Made by a program: the position numbers and the translations under genes. From a phage, in sequence record PZ026127.1: DNA of 64,000 bases. One strand, 5' to 3'. Positions 8,212-17,095 of the stretch are shown here, in pieces (position 1 is the stretch's first letter; each line of letters begins with the position of its first letter). The notes beneath the pieces are model-generated. The model had not been told where the DNA came from, did no database searches, and worked only from the letters and a program-made list of their open reading frames with translations.

Positions 8212-9635
8212 AAACTATTTTGGCTCAACTGCTAGGCAATAGTGATTATTTCACTAAGGTCTGGCCTTATATGAATGATTCTTATTTTGACCAGGGTCCT
8301 GCAAAGACCCTTTTCAAAGAAATTAAAAAACATGTCAATGAATATAATGCAGTGCCTTCTAAGAACGCATTGAGCATTGCATTAGATAACAGTACGCTTT
8401 CAGAAGTTGAACACCAAGGCGCTAAAGAGCTTTTAAGTTCGCTGAATGCCGGACCTGAAGACCAAGAATGGTTGGTTAAAGAGACGGAGAAATACGTTCA
8501 GAAAGCAGCGATGTATAATGCAACTTCAAAAATCATTGAAATCCAAACTAATGCCGACCTTCCGGTTGAGCAACAAAATAGAAAACTTCCAGGTATTGGT
8601 GCTATTCCGGATATCATGCGTGATGCATTATCGATTTGTTTCGATTCTGAATTAGGTCATGACTGGATGGATGACTATGAAGAACGATTCAAAAGTTATT
8701 CCGATAAAGCACGTAAGGTTCCATTCCGTCTTAATATTCTGAATAAGATTACCAAGGGTGGTGCTGAGTTTGGTACTGAAAACGTATTGTTGGCAGGAAC
8801 AAACGTAGGTAAGTCTCTTGGTCTTTGTTCATTGGCTGCTGATTACCTTCAATCCGGTTACGATGTTCTTTATATCTCCATGGAGATGGCAGAGGAAGTA
8901 TGTGCTAAGCGTATCGATGCCAACCTTCTGGACGTGTCGCTGGATGATATCGATGATGGTCACGTCTCGTGGCCTGAATATAAAGCTAAGATGGATAAAT
9001 GGCGTTCAACTGCTACCTTGGGTCGTTTAAAGATTAAACAGTACCCTACCGGTGGCGCTAATGCCGATACATTCCGTGCATTATTAAACGAATACAAGCT
9101 CAAACAAAACTTTGTCCCACAGGTCGTTATCGTTGACTACTTGGCTATCTGTGCATCGTCTCGTACGAAAGTTTTCTCTGAAAACAGTTACGGATTGATT
9201 AAGATGGTTGCTGAAGAACTACGTGGACTTGCAGTAGAGAAGAAATTACTGTTGTGGACTGCAGCCCAGACTACTCGTGGTGCGAACGTTGCAGCCGAAA
9301 TCGATATGGCCGATATTGCTGAATCCTTTGGTATTGCACATACTGCAGACTTCATGTTGGGTGTGGTCGAGACAGAAGAGTTCGCTCAGATGGGTATGCA
9401 GATGGTTAAGCAGCTTAAATCTCGTTATGGCGATAAGAGCTACTACAACAAATTTAAGATTGGCGTTAAGAAAGGAAATCAACGTTGGTACGAAGTTGAA
9501 GATGATTCCAACCCAGGCCCAGTGAACACTGTTCGTGAGGCTACAGGTGAGATGAATCGCCAGGCCGAGGTCAATCGACAGACGCGTGTTAATAGAAGTG
9601 ATTTGGACGATTTAGCAGCATCTATCAAATTTTAA
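8205..9635 (+). CDS. 41: gp41 replicative DNA helicase (DnaB-like)
   Basis: Matches T4 gp41 from the MVE(T/I)IL N-terminus onwards; Walker A GTNVGKS; GTG start. Confidence 0.95.
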   Translation: MVETILAQLLGNSDYFTKVWPYMNDSYFDQGPAKTLFKEIKKHVNEYNAVPSKNALSIALDNSTLSEVEHQGAKELLSSLNAGPEDQEWLVKETEKYVQKAAMYNATSKIIEIQTNADLPVEQQNRKLPGIGAIPDIMRDALSICFDSELGHDWMDDYEERFKSYSDKARKVPFRLNILNKITKGGAEFGTENVLLAGTNVGKSLGLCSLAADYLQSGYDVLYISMEMAEEVCAKRIDANLLDVSLDDIDDGHVSWPEYKAKMDKWRSTATLGRLKIKQYPTGGANADTFRALLNEYKLKQNFVPQVVIVDYLAICASSRTKVFSENSYGLIKMVAEELRGLAVEKKLLLWTAAQTTRGANVAAEIDMADIAESFGIAHTADFMLGVVETEEFAQMGMQMVKQLKSRYGDKSYYNKFKIGVKKGNQRWYEVEDDSNPGPVNTVREATGEMNRQAEVNRQTRVNRSDLDDLAASIKF

Positions 9636-9656
9636 GGAGCTTCGGCTCCTTTTTTG
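9636..9656 (+). terminator. intrinsic terminator (GGAGC-UUCG-GCUCC hairpin plus U tract)
   Basis: ggagcttcggctcc followed by ttttttgtttt directly after gene 41 stop. Confidence 0.7.
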
Positions 9657-9665
9657 TTTTTAAGG

Positions 9666-9694
9666 GTTTACATCTCCTGTAGGCGTGATACTAT
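9666..9694 (+). promoter_or_regulatory. early promoter (GTTTAC ... TGaTACTAT)
   Basis: -35 GTTTAC, 17 nt spacer, extended -10, followed by CCTATCAAC box. Confidence 0.5.
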
Positions 9695-9718
9695 AGACCT
9701 ATCAACTTGGAGAACAAA

Positions 9719-10036
9719 ATGAAAACCATCGACTGTAAAGCAGAATATAAAGTGTATTACCATGGAAGTTGTAGTGTCGCTAATATCGGTAATATGCTTT
9801 GTCCTCCTGAGGAAACAGGAGTTCTGTCTGAAACCGGTCGTAAGAAAAACCTAAATCGTGTGTTCTTTACTGAAGATATCGGTTTGGCTAAGATTTATGC
9901 TGGACGTGCAGCTCGTTCAGTGGGAGGAGAACCCCGTCTTTATCGTGTAATTGCTCCGGTAGATGTGGTTTGTTTAAATGATACTAAAGGCGCTACAGTT
10001 TATCATGCTGAATGGGCCTTCTGTGAGGAAATCTAA
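9719..10036 (+). CDS. small ADP-ribosyltransferase-like protein (Arr-like candidate)
   Basis: 105 aa; YYHGS near N-terminus, later RVFFTED and RLYRVIAP segments line up by eye with the H-G-T / Y / acidic pattern of rifampin ADP-ribosyltransferase-type enzymes. Confidence 0.4.
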   Translation: MKTIDCKAEYKVYYHGSCSVANIGNMLCPPEETGVLSETGRKKNLNRVFFTEDIGLAKIYAGRAARSVGGEPRLYRVIAPVDVVCLNDTKGATVYHAEWAFCEEI

Positions 10037-10231
10037 ATGTCTGAATCAATTAAAGTAAAATTTGTCGGCCATTTCGCCAACGGTGATACCGCTACCAAAG
10101 AAGCTTCAGTGCGTGAAAACGATATTGTGTGGGTGGCTACCCAATTCGCTGAAGTCAATAGTATTCTAGTCAAGGCCTATGTCGACGACGTAGAAGTTTA
10201 TGAACATGATGCTCGCATTGAGGAAATCTAA
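10037..10231 (+). CDS. hypothetical small early protein
   Basis: 64 aa ORF immediately after upstream stop, early-gene orientation. Confidence 0.5.
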   Translation: MSESIKVKFVGHFANGDTATKEASVRENDIVWVATQFAEVNSILVKAYVDDVEVYEHDARIEEI

Positions 10232-10372
10232 ATGGAAGAATTTGAATGTGTAGTATGTGGTTGTTCAGTCTATGAAGACCAAGCGGTATTTGATGCTTGG
10301 GATAACGCAACCTGTTTAGACTGTGACAGCGAATTCGAAGAAATTGCTCATAAACATGAAGGTGAGGAATAA
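10232..10372 (+). CDS. hypothetical zinc-ribbon peptide
   Basis: 46 aa with CVVCGC ... CLDCD pair of Cys motifs; tightly packed between neighbours. Confidence 0.4.
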   Translation: MEEFECVVCGCSVYEDQAVFDAWDNATCLDCDSEFEEIAHKHEGEE

Positions 10373-10612
10373 ATGAATATTACCTTAATGAAACCAACTC
10401 CTAGTTCTTTTTGGAATAAATCTTTTGGTAAGCATAACATGTTTATCCAACGTACCGTAAACAACTGGGAACTAGTTCTTTCAGCGGGCCACAACGATTA
10501 TGAACAAGAATATGTAGAGTTCTTCGAATTTCCTGTGAAGCCCACTAAGCGTCAGATTCGTCAGACAAAACGTAAATTCCGTAAAATTTATTTGGAAGAT
10601 TCATTAAAATAA
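10373..10612 (+). CDS. hypothetical small early protein
   Basis: 79 aa ORF with GAGGAA RBS. Confidence 0.5.
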   Translation: MNITLMKPTPSSFWNKSFGKHNMFIQRTVNNWELVLSAGHNDYEQEYVEFFEFPVKPTKRQIRQTKRKFRKIYLEDSLK

Positions 10613-10613
10613 A

Positions 10614-10642
10614 GTTTACAACGGTCTATGGTAGTGATACTA
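10614..10642 (+). promoter_or_regulatory. early promoter
   Basis: GTTTAC at 10614, TGATACTAT extended -10, then CCTATCAAC box. Confidence 0.5.
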
Positions 10643-10671
10643 TGGACCTATCAACTACCGAGGAGAACATT

Positions 10672-10965
10672 ATGAAAAAGTTATTAATCGCAGCAATCCT
10701 TACAGTAGCATCATGTGGCACAGCTCCAGTTACGGCTGGATTGGATAAAGACCTTTGTGAATGGTCTATGACTGCAGACCAAGAATCGGTTGAACATCAG
10801 ATTTATGCCGATATCATGAACATCACTAAACGCGACCGCCCTGATATGGCTAAAGAAGTGTCAGACCAATTAGCTTCAGGTGGTGTTATGCAATATAACT
10901 GGAATTTGTATTGTGATGCCAATTTCGATAACAAAAATATCGTTAAAGAGGTGACAGGTGAATAA
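10672..10965 (+). CDS. secreted/lipoprotein-like small protein (possible spackle-type periplasmic protein)
   Basis: 97 aa from ATG 10672 after GAGGAGAA; signal peptide MKKLLIAAILTVASCG; lies in the 41-61 interval where T4 has sp. Confidence 0.5.
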   Translation: MKKLLIAAILTVASCGTAPVTAGLDKDLCEWSMTADQESVEHQIYADIMNITKRDRPDMAKEVSDQLASGGVMQYNWNLYCDANFDNKNIVKEVTGE

Positions 10966-11398
10966 GATTAACAGAAATTTAGTTATCAAAAAACTTCGTT
11001 GTAAAAATCCAAATGCACAAGCATACAGGATGTTTTGGAGCGACGACCACCAATACCTGGGTTATTTTCTTGTTGATAGCGATGATCGAATTACAATGGC
11101 TCATAAACTTCTTAACAGAGAATTAAACCATTGGCAAGAACTTATCGCGGTGAGGTCTAAATTATTTTCGTGCAATACAATGCACCAATTGGTTTATTTT
11201 TTCGCTGAAGGTATTCCTGACAAGGTTGAGTTTGATGGATTCGAATTTAAAGACATCCTCCCAGACAACGAATTGAACGACCGCGTTAATATGGACATCC
11301 CTAGCAAGTATATCAAAAACAGTCTGTTGAAAATTCTGGAAGCTCCGGTTTATTCAATAGATGACCAGATTTTTAATGCCTTTATGAATCGAGGTTAA
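10958..11398 (+). CDS. hypothetical protein
   Basis: 146 aa ORF, GTG start overlapping upstream gene. Confidence 0.5.
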   Translation: MNKINRNLVIKKLRCKNPNAQAYRMFWSDDHQYLGYFLVDSDDRITMAHKLLNRELNHWQELIAVRSKLFSCNTMHQLVYFFAEGIPDKVEFDGFEFKDILPDNELNDRVNMDIPSKYIKNSLLKILEAPVYSIDDQIFNAFMNRG

Positions 11399-11399
11399 T

Positions 11400-11621
11400 A
11401 TGTTTGTCTTAACTCAATTCTCTAAAGCGGTGTATAGTTACTCTTGTCAGTGGGAAGTCTTTATCGATTCTCCTTCACCTAAGTACGGTGTTTTTGGTCG
11501 AGTAACTACTCAAGCTTATGTTGCACGGCCAACTAAGCGCCAGCTTCGTAAACTTAAAAAGGCCCATCGCCAACTGATTGAGAGAAGGGAACAATATGAC
11601 TGCAATGTGTACGGGCTCTAA
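11400..11621 (+). CDS. hypothetical small basic protein
   Basis: 73 aa ORF directly after upstream stop. Confidence 0.45.
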   Translation: MFVLTQFSKAVYSYSCQWEVFIDSPSPKYGVFGRVTTQAYVARPTKRQLRKLKKAHRQLIERREQYDCNVYGL

Positions 11622-11787
11622 GATTTCTGTATTCGAGTTATTCGAAGAATATGAAATCATATCAAAAGACCAAGAAGCTATCCATATTATTGCCGGTGAT
11701 GGGGTGACTTGGATTATTCCACTTTACCACGAAGATACGTACGAAGTCACTGATGCAAATGGTGATAAAGCTATTTTCGTAATATAA
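11596..11787 (+). CDS. hypothetical small protein
   Basis: 63 aa from ATG 11596 preceded by GAGAAGGGAA. Confidence 0.4.
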   Translation: MTAMCTGSKISVFELFEEYEIISKDQEAIHIIAGDGVTWIIPLYHEDTYEVTDANGDKAIFVI

Positions 11788-11803
11788 ATAAGGCCAGGAG
11801 CCT

Positions 11804-11965
11804 ATGAAATCTTTTAAAGAAGTTATGAACGAAGATATGGTCGCAGGCGATGCAGGTGGTAACCCATCTAATATTGCCTCCGGAACTACCTCAGGCGCGG
11901 TCGTCAACAAAGGGCCTGAACAAATCCCATCTAAAAAGCGTAAAGAAAAATCCGAAAACGAATGA
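11804..11965 (+). CDS. hypothetical small basic peptide
   Basis: 53 aa, RBS AGGAG, Gly/Ser-rich with KKRKEK tail. Confidence 0.35.
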   Translation: MKSFKEVMNEDMVAGDAGGNPSNIASGTTSGAVVNKGPEQIPSKKRKEKSENE

Positions 11966-12003
11966 TATAATGGCTCTATTAATTTAGAGCCCAAGGAAAA
12001 ATA

Positions 12004-13032
12004 ATGTCATATGTCGATAGAGAATTTGCTGTACGTGCCTTGAATTACCAACCTAAATTCAGACAAGTAACTGGTAGTGATTTTAAATTAAACTGTCGTT
12101 GTCGTGTATGTGGCGACTCCCTAAAAGATGAGAACAAAGCTCGTTTTTGGGCCTATCCGGCCAATGACGGCTCCGTAATGCTGCACTGTTTTAACTGTGA
12201 CTATTCAGCAGGAATTAAGAAGTATCTATACGAATATGAGCCTGATTTATATCGAGAATATATTCTTGAGAAACATAAAGAGCAATCGTTCGGGAGACAA
12301 GCTGCACCTAAGGTGGAGATATCAGAAAAGATTAAAGCCAAGATGCCTGTCATCGAAAAGCTTAATTTCTGTGAACGTCTGGATAGAATGCCAAAGGACC
12401 ATCCTATTATCAAATATGTGACGTTACGTTGCATTCCTGAAAACAAATGGAACCGGCTGTGGTTTACTAAAGAATGGCCGGCATTGGTGAACTCTGTCAA
12501 TCCAGGGACCTATTCTAAAGAAATGCCTGAGCCTCGTTTGGTTATTCCAATTTTCAATAAGAATAAACAAATTGAAAGTTTTCAGGGTCGAGCCTTACGT
12601 AAAGATGCTCCACAAAAATATATTACAATAAAAGCTCATGACCAAGCTACAAAAATATATGGAATGGATACAGTTGACGAACGTCAGTTGGTGTGGGTAA
12701 TGGAAGGCCCTATTGACTCTTTGTTTGTTCCGAATGCAATAGCAATTACTGGCGGGTCGTTGGACTTGGCTATGGTTCCATGTAAAGAAACTCGTGCCTG
12801 GGTAATGGACAATGAACCCCGCCATCCTGACACAATTAAGCGTATGCAACGATTAGTTGATGCTGGCGAAAGGGTTCTATTCTGGGACAAGGCTCCATGG
12901 CCTTCTAAAGATATAAATGATATGATTATGAAAGATAAAGCTGATATAAATGATGTACTGGCATATATGAAAGCTAATATAGCCCAAGGTTTAATGGCAA
13001 AAATGAGACTTTCAAAATATTCTAAAATTTAG
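12004..13032 (+). CDS. 61: DNA primase gp61
   Basis: 342 aa; N-terminal zinc-binding CRCRVCGD ... HCFNCD and overall match to T4 primase. Confidence 0.9.
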   Translation: MSYVDREFAVRALNYQPKFRQVTGSDFKLNCRCRVCGDSLKDENKARFWAYPANDGSVMLHCFNCDYSAGIKKYLYEYEPDLYREYILEKHKEQSFGRQAAPKVEISEKIKAKMPVIEKLNFCERLDRMPKDHPIIKYVTLRCIPENKWNRLWFTKEWPALVNSVNPGTYSKEMPEPRLVIPIFNKNKQIESFQGRALRKDAPQKYITIKAHDQATKIYGMDTVDERQLVWVMEGPIDSLFVPNAIAITGGSLDLAMVPCKETRAWVMDNEPRHPDTIKRMQRLVDAGERVLFWDKAPWPSKDINDMIMKDKADINDVLAYMKANIAQGLMAKMRLSKYSKI

Positions 13033-13229
13033 GCAGGAACTCCGCTAAAGAATCCAATTATGCTTAATACGTGTTCCATTGTAACCGCTGGTAAAATTAT
13101 CCCTTGGCTAGCGGCTACAGGGACTACTAGAAGATTCCAAAGGAATACGTCTAGCGCAAGAAAACCTAACATCATTTTCTTGTCTTTCTTTTCGGCCAAT
13201 TTCCAGATTTGGTAAAAAATACTGCCCAT
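13029..13229 (-). CDS. small hydrophobic membrane protein on opposite strand
   Basis: 66 aa ORF; on - strand a near-perfect SD (AGGAGGATAAC-ATG) precedes the start; hydrophobic C-terminal half. Confidence 0.45.
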   Translation of the reverse strand: MGSIFYQIWKLAEKKDKKMMLGFLALDVFLWNLLVVPVAASQGIILPAVTMEHVLSIIGFFSGVPA

Positions 13230-13320
13230 GTTATCCTCCTGTTAAATTAATATTTATTCGCTTTAATCTAACAGTTTATAATTATCTAACTTACTAATGA
13301 ATTGAAAAGGAAAAAATATA

Positions 13321-13839
13321 ATGGCATACTTTAACGAATGCGCAAACCTGATTGATGGTGTTGATAAAGCTGAGGAAGCTTATTTTAATGCTCTGATTCA
13401 TGAAGATAAAGACCCTCTGCAAGTTATGCTTGATATGCAGAAATCTTTACAGGTTCGTTTGGCTAATGACCGTGAATATTGTTACCATCCGGACAAATTA
13501 GCGACAGCCGGTGATGTTGTTGCTTGGATGCGTGAACAGAAAGATTGTATTGACGATGAATTCCGTGAACTTCTGACTTCCCTCGGTGAAATGTCTAAAG
13601 GTGAGAAAGATGCATCTGCTGTATGGAAAAAATGGAAAGCCCGTTACCCGGAAGCACAAGCCAAACCTATTTCAGAAATGTCTCCTGAAGACCAGCTTGA
13701 AATTAAATTTGAACTCATTGATATTATGCACTTCGTATTCAATATGGCTATTGGCCTGAATATGTCGGCTGAAGAAATGTTTAAACTTTATTATCTGAAG
13801 AATGCTGAAAACTTTGCAAGGCAGGACCGTGGCTATTAA
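13321..13839 (+). CDS. 56: dCTP pyrophosphatase (dCTPase/dUTPase, MazG-like)
   Basis: 172 aa, matches T4 gp56 size and sequence character; located between 61 and soc. Confidence 0.85.
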   Translation: MAYFNECANLIDGVDKAEEAYFNALIHEDKDPLQVMLDMQKSLQVRLANDREYCYHPDKLATAGDVVAWMREQKDCIDDEFRELLTSLGEMSKGEKDASAVWKKWKARYPEAQAKPISEMSPEDQLEIKFELIDIMHFVFNMAIGLNMSAEEMFKLYYLKNAENFARQDRGY

Positions 13840-14497
13840 GGCTAAGTTTTATAGAACTTATTTGATAAAAATTAGGACGCCGAAAGGTGTCTTTTGGTAT
13901 GGTGGTAAACATGAAACCTTTATACTAAATCCAAATAAAGATAGATATCCAGGTTCTGGCAAAATCTTATGGAATATGTATAAAAAGTATGGTCTAAAAT
14001 ATAAAATACGTTGGTTTGTAGGCCACCAAAATTTAGAAGAATCTTTTAATCATGAAAGACTTTTAATAGCCAAAATAAGAGAAAAGCATCCTAACGAATG
14101 CTTGAATATATTACCAGGTGGCGCTGGCAGCGAAGGACATAAATGGACTGAAGAACAGTGTATAGAGCACAAGCTTAGATTAAATAAACCTGAAACTAAG
14201 ATTAAAATGAGGAAGGCTCAAGCTATAGCTCAGAATAGGCCTGAACGTAAAGCTCGTCAATCAGAAATAATGAAAGAGTTTTATGAGAATGGTGGGAATA
14301 AATTAATATCTGAAGCCACTTCTAAAGCTCAACGAACTGCTCCTCATTGGCATGAACCATTGAAAAGCGAAATCTATAATATTTGGCTTTCATTAGGTAA
14401 ACCAACTACAGGTCCTGTAGTCAAAGAACTTAAAGGTAAATATGACGTTACCGCAAGTGCTCTCAAAAATTTAATATACTCTTTTAGAGATATATAA
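13802..14497 (+). mobile_element. segF: free-standing homing endonuclease-like gene (SegF-like, GIY-YIG-type)
   Basis: 231 aa ORF overlapping 3' end of gene 56, at the position where T4 carries segF; N-terminal Y-x-x-Y-L-I-K ... F-W-Y-G-G-K resembles a GIY-YIG module; basic helix-rich C-terminus. Confidence 0.55.
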
Positions 14498-14531
14498 ATA
14501 CACCTGTAATTAAACAACAAAGGAGTTAATT

Positions 14532-14765
14532 ATGGGTGGTTTCGTTAATATCAAAACCTTTACACATCCAGCTGGTGAAGGTAAAGAAGTTAAAGGTACT
14601 GAGGTTTCGGTTCCGTTTGAGATTTATTCAAACGAGCACCGTATTGCAGACTCTCATTATCAGACTTTCCCTTCGGCCGTTGCAGCCTATACTACTGTAG
14701 TGACTGATGCAGCCGATTGGCGAACTAAGAACGCAGCAATGTTCACGCCGACCCCAGTAGTTTAA
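14532..14765 (+). CDS. soc: small outer capsid protein Soc
   Basis: 77 aa; VNIKTF ... HYQTFPS motifs match T4 Soc. Confidence 0.85.
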   Translation: MGGFVNIKTFTHPAGEGKEVKGTEVSVPFEIYSNEHRIADSHYQTFPSAVAAYTTVVTDAADWRTKNAAMFTPTPVV

Positions 14766-14770
14766 TTATA

Positions 14771-14794
14771 AGGAACCTTCGGGTTCCTTTTTTG
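14771..14794 (+). terminator. intrinsic terminator (GGAACC-UUCG-GGUUCC plus U tract)
   Basis: aggaaccttcgggttcc followed by ttttttgg after soc. Confidence 0.8.
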
Positions 14795-14859
14795 GTTTTA
14801 AGGGTTTACTTTCTAAGAAGGTTATGTTAAGATGGTCTTATCTTATAGAGGAGAACACT

Positions 14860-15069
14860 ATGTTAAATCGTTGGATTAAACCAAATAAAACTTTAGATGA
14901 AATTATCGCTAACCACGTATTGAAAAAGTACTTTTATACGCCTTGGTATACCGAAGTTATTGTCCATTCATTTATGATGCATGAAGACGGTTCTATCGAA
15001 TTTAATGCCGAAATCCGTCACGAGACTGATGATATTGATAAAGTTGAATTTAAACGAGGTTTCCTATGA
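14860..15069 (+). CDS. hypothetical small protein
   Basis: 69 aa from ATG 14860 after GAGGAGAA. Confidence 0.5.
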   Translation: MLNRWIKPNKTLDEIIANHVLKKYFYTPWYTEVIVHSFMMHEDGSIEFNAEIRHETDDIDKVEFKRGFL

Positions 15070-15389
15070 TTCGTTGGCTTAAGAATTTTTTCAAGACCAA
15101 ACCTGGTGAAGGGGTGGTTCCTATCTCAGGTCTGAAGGAATATGTTTATGTGGGCGATGGTATGATGGAAGAAGTTATCCGTCAACCTGAAAAAGCCGGT
15201 AATGTAGGCCCGGGTGCCCTTCCTTTGAATTCTAAAAAGTTTAAAGAGCATCTAGAAGCTCGTCGCACAAGCCATATTGATACTACTCCTATTATGGTTG
15301 CGGCTGCTGTCAGTTCTTGGACTGGTGATTCTTCTTATTCGTCTTATGACTCAGGAAGCTGTGACTCATCGTCCGGCTCGTGTGATTAA
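15066..15389 (+). CDS. hypothetical protein with Ser/Cys-rich low-complexity C-terminus
   Basis: 107 aa, ATGA start/stop coupling; C-terminal SSWTGDSSYSSYDSGSCDSSSGSCD. Confidence 0.5.
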   Translation: MIRWLKNFFKTKPGEGVVPISGLKEYVYVGDGMMEEVIRQPEKAGNVGPGALPLNSKKFKEHLEARRTSHIDTTPIMVAAAVSSWTGDSSYSSYDSGSCDSSSGSCD

Positions 15390-15589
15390 TGAAACCTTTA
15401 TCATGGCTTAAAGATTGGCTGGACCGTCCTGGTGATTATCTTGATGACGGGTGGTTGGACCAAGCTAATGCAGAAATGAAACGCGAGTCCGAAGAATGGA
15501 TTCTTAAAGGTATCCGTGAAGAACGCGAAAAGAAATTAGAACGCGAAGCTCTTAGAATTATGCGTGACATCTATGGGGATAAATCATGA
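15389..15589 (+). CDS. hypothetical small protein
   Basis: 66 aa, coupled to upstream gene. Confidence 0.45.
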   Translation: MKPLSWLKDWLDRPGDYLDDGWLDQANAEMKRESEEWILKGIREEREKKLEREALRIMRDIYGDKS

Positions 15590-15753
15590 CTACTGAAGAG
15601 GCCGAAAAACAAGCTAAAGAGGCACTGGATTTGCTTCTTAAAATTGGTAGTAAAATGATGAAAGAAAACGAGAAATACATCCAAGAAAATAAAATTCCGG
15701 ATGGTCCTTTAGTAGGTAAACTAAGAAGAGGAAATCATAATGAAAGTTTATGA
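15586..15753 (+). CDS. hypothetical small protein
   Basis: 55 aa ORF, ATGA coupling to upstream gene. Confidence 0.35.
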   Translation: MTTEEAEKQAKEALDLLLKIGSKMMKENEKYIQENKIPDGPLVGKLRRGNHNESL

Positions 15754-16228
15754 ACTAGAATTCCATGTACGTGATTCATCTGGACAGACACGTCCTTATG
15801 ATGCTACGGTGTGTCTTATCTTTGTCGACAATGGTACGAATTCTATAACCCAGTTAGAAACACGATTAAAAGATATTAAGCTTCCAGAAAATATTATGAT
15901 GAAGGCTTACCATAACAAAAATGTTGATGTTGCTGAAGATTGTCCTTTTAGCCTGGCTGAAGCATTACATATCAAGGGTTATCGCCATCCGGACCCGTAT
16001 GGCGAAGGAACAATGGACATTTTCTATAAAGATACCGATAGAATGTCCAACGAACGTCTTAAAGGTCGTACTTATCTTATTTCCGCTACCGAAGACCTTA
16101 TTGAAGTTGAACGTCAGATTTGGAAGCACTTTGATATTGGATTGCGCTTTACCATGACTGAAGACGCTATTCGTGATGCTAAGGTACGAGCTCGTATGTA
16201 CGAGTACGGTCCTATCGGTGGTTACTAA
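15740..16228 (+). CDS. hypothetical early protein
   Basis: 162 aa ORF with RBS AGAGGAAA. Confidence 0.5.
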   Translation: MKVYELEFHVRDSSGQTRPYDATVCLIFVDNGTNSITQLETRLKDIKLPENIMMKAYHNKNVDVAEDCPFSLAEALHIKGYRHPDPYGEGTMDIFYKDTDRMSNERLKGRTYLISATEDLIEVERQIWKHFDIGLRFTMTEDAIRDAKVRARMYEYGPIGGY

Positions 16229-16416
16229 TGGACTTATTTGATATGTTTGTCATTCCGGACCCTGAGCCTGAAACAACTCAGGAGCCGCCTGTTGACCTTG
16301 TCAATGAACTTGATATGATTATACAGAAGCACGGTTTTAAGTTGCCTAAAGATGCTCTTAGCGACCTTGCTTCTTATTACTTAGACCCTCCACCCTGGGC
16401 CCCTTGGGTAAAATAA
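16228..16416 (+). CDS. hypothetical small acidic protein
   Basis: 62 aa, coupled start. Confidence 0.45.
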   Translation: MDLFDMFVIPDPEPETTQEPPVDLVNELDMIIQKHGFKLPKDALSDLASYYLDPPPWAPWVK

Positions 16417-16471
16417 AGTTTTACACCTCCTCCCTTCATGTTATAATGACCTCTAAATCACCGGAGGTCAT

Positions 16472-17041
16472 ATGAACATCGAACAAAAATGTCTTTATCA
16501 AGACCGAATCAATTCCAAATTCTCAAAACACGAACAGAATCTTTTAGAAAAATGTCTGGATGCTAAAAAAGACCCTAACTTCCATTACGACCTTGACAAA
16601 CTGGTTCGCAAGCATGTTACTTCAGCGGTTCCAGTAGAGTTGTATCGTGGGATTACCACCAGAGAACTTGAGCAATTAGAGCTCCTTTCAGTAGGTTGTC
16701 AATGGTCTCCTGGTCGAGTTACTTCTTTTAGTACACAATACTCTCAGGCTCGTCAATTCGCAGGGGCATGGGAATATGGAACCAAAACCATTTTAAGTCT
16801 CAGGAATGCACCGTTCATTTTCGACTACTACAATCATGCTATCGACCTTGTTCTTGCAGGGAATGTGGATGAGCTTGAAATAGATGAAACCCGTATTGAC
16901 CTCTATGATATGGTTGAAACTGAATGTGAGTTCATGGTCTCCAGCCTATCAAGATTTGAGATTGTTGAAATCGAAACCGTCAAAAGGGACCCGTACGAAA
17001 TCGAGTACAAAACAATTCATTTAAAAATGTTGGATTTTTAG
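16472..17041 (+). CDS. ADP-ribosyltransferase, ModA/ModB family (R-S-E class)
   Basis: 189 aa; LYRG (Arg), SFSTQ (STS) and ECEF (E-x-E) motifs in the expected order. Confidence 0.7.
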   Translation: MNIEQKCLYQDRINSKFSKHEQNLLEKCLDAKKDPNFHYDLDKLVRKHVTSAVPVELYRGITTRELEQLELLSVGCQWSPGRVTSFSTQYSQARQFAGAWEYGTKTILSLRNAPFIFDYYNHAIDLVLAGNVDELEIDETRIDLYDMVETECEFMVSSLSRFEIVEIETVKRDPYEIEYKTIHLKMLDF

Positions 17042-17095
17042 TTTACAGGCAAGGAAGCTTGTGGTACTATCTTTCTATCAACTGAGGAGAATAAT

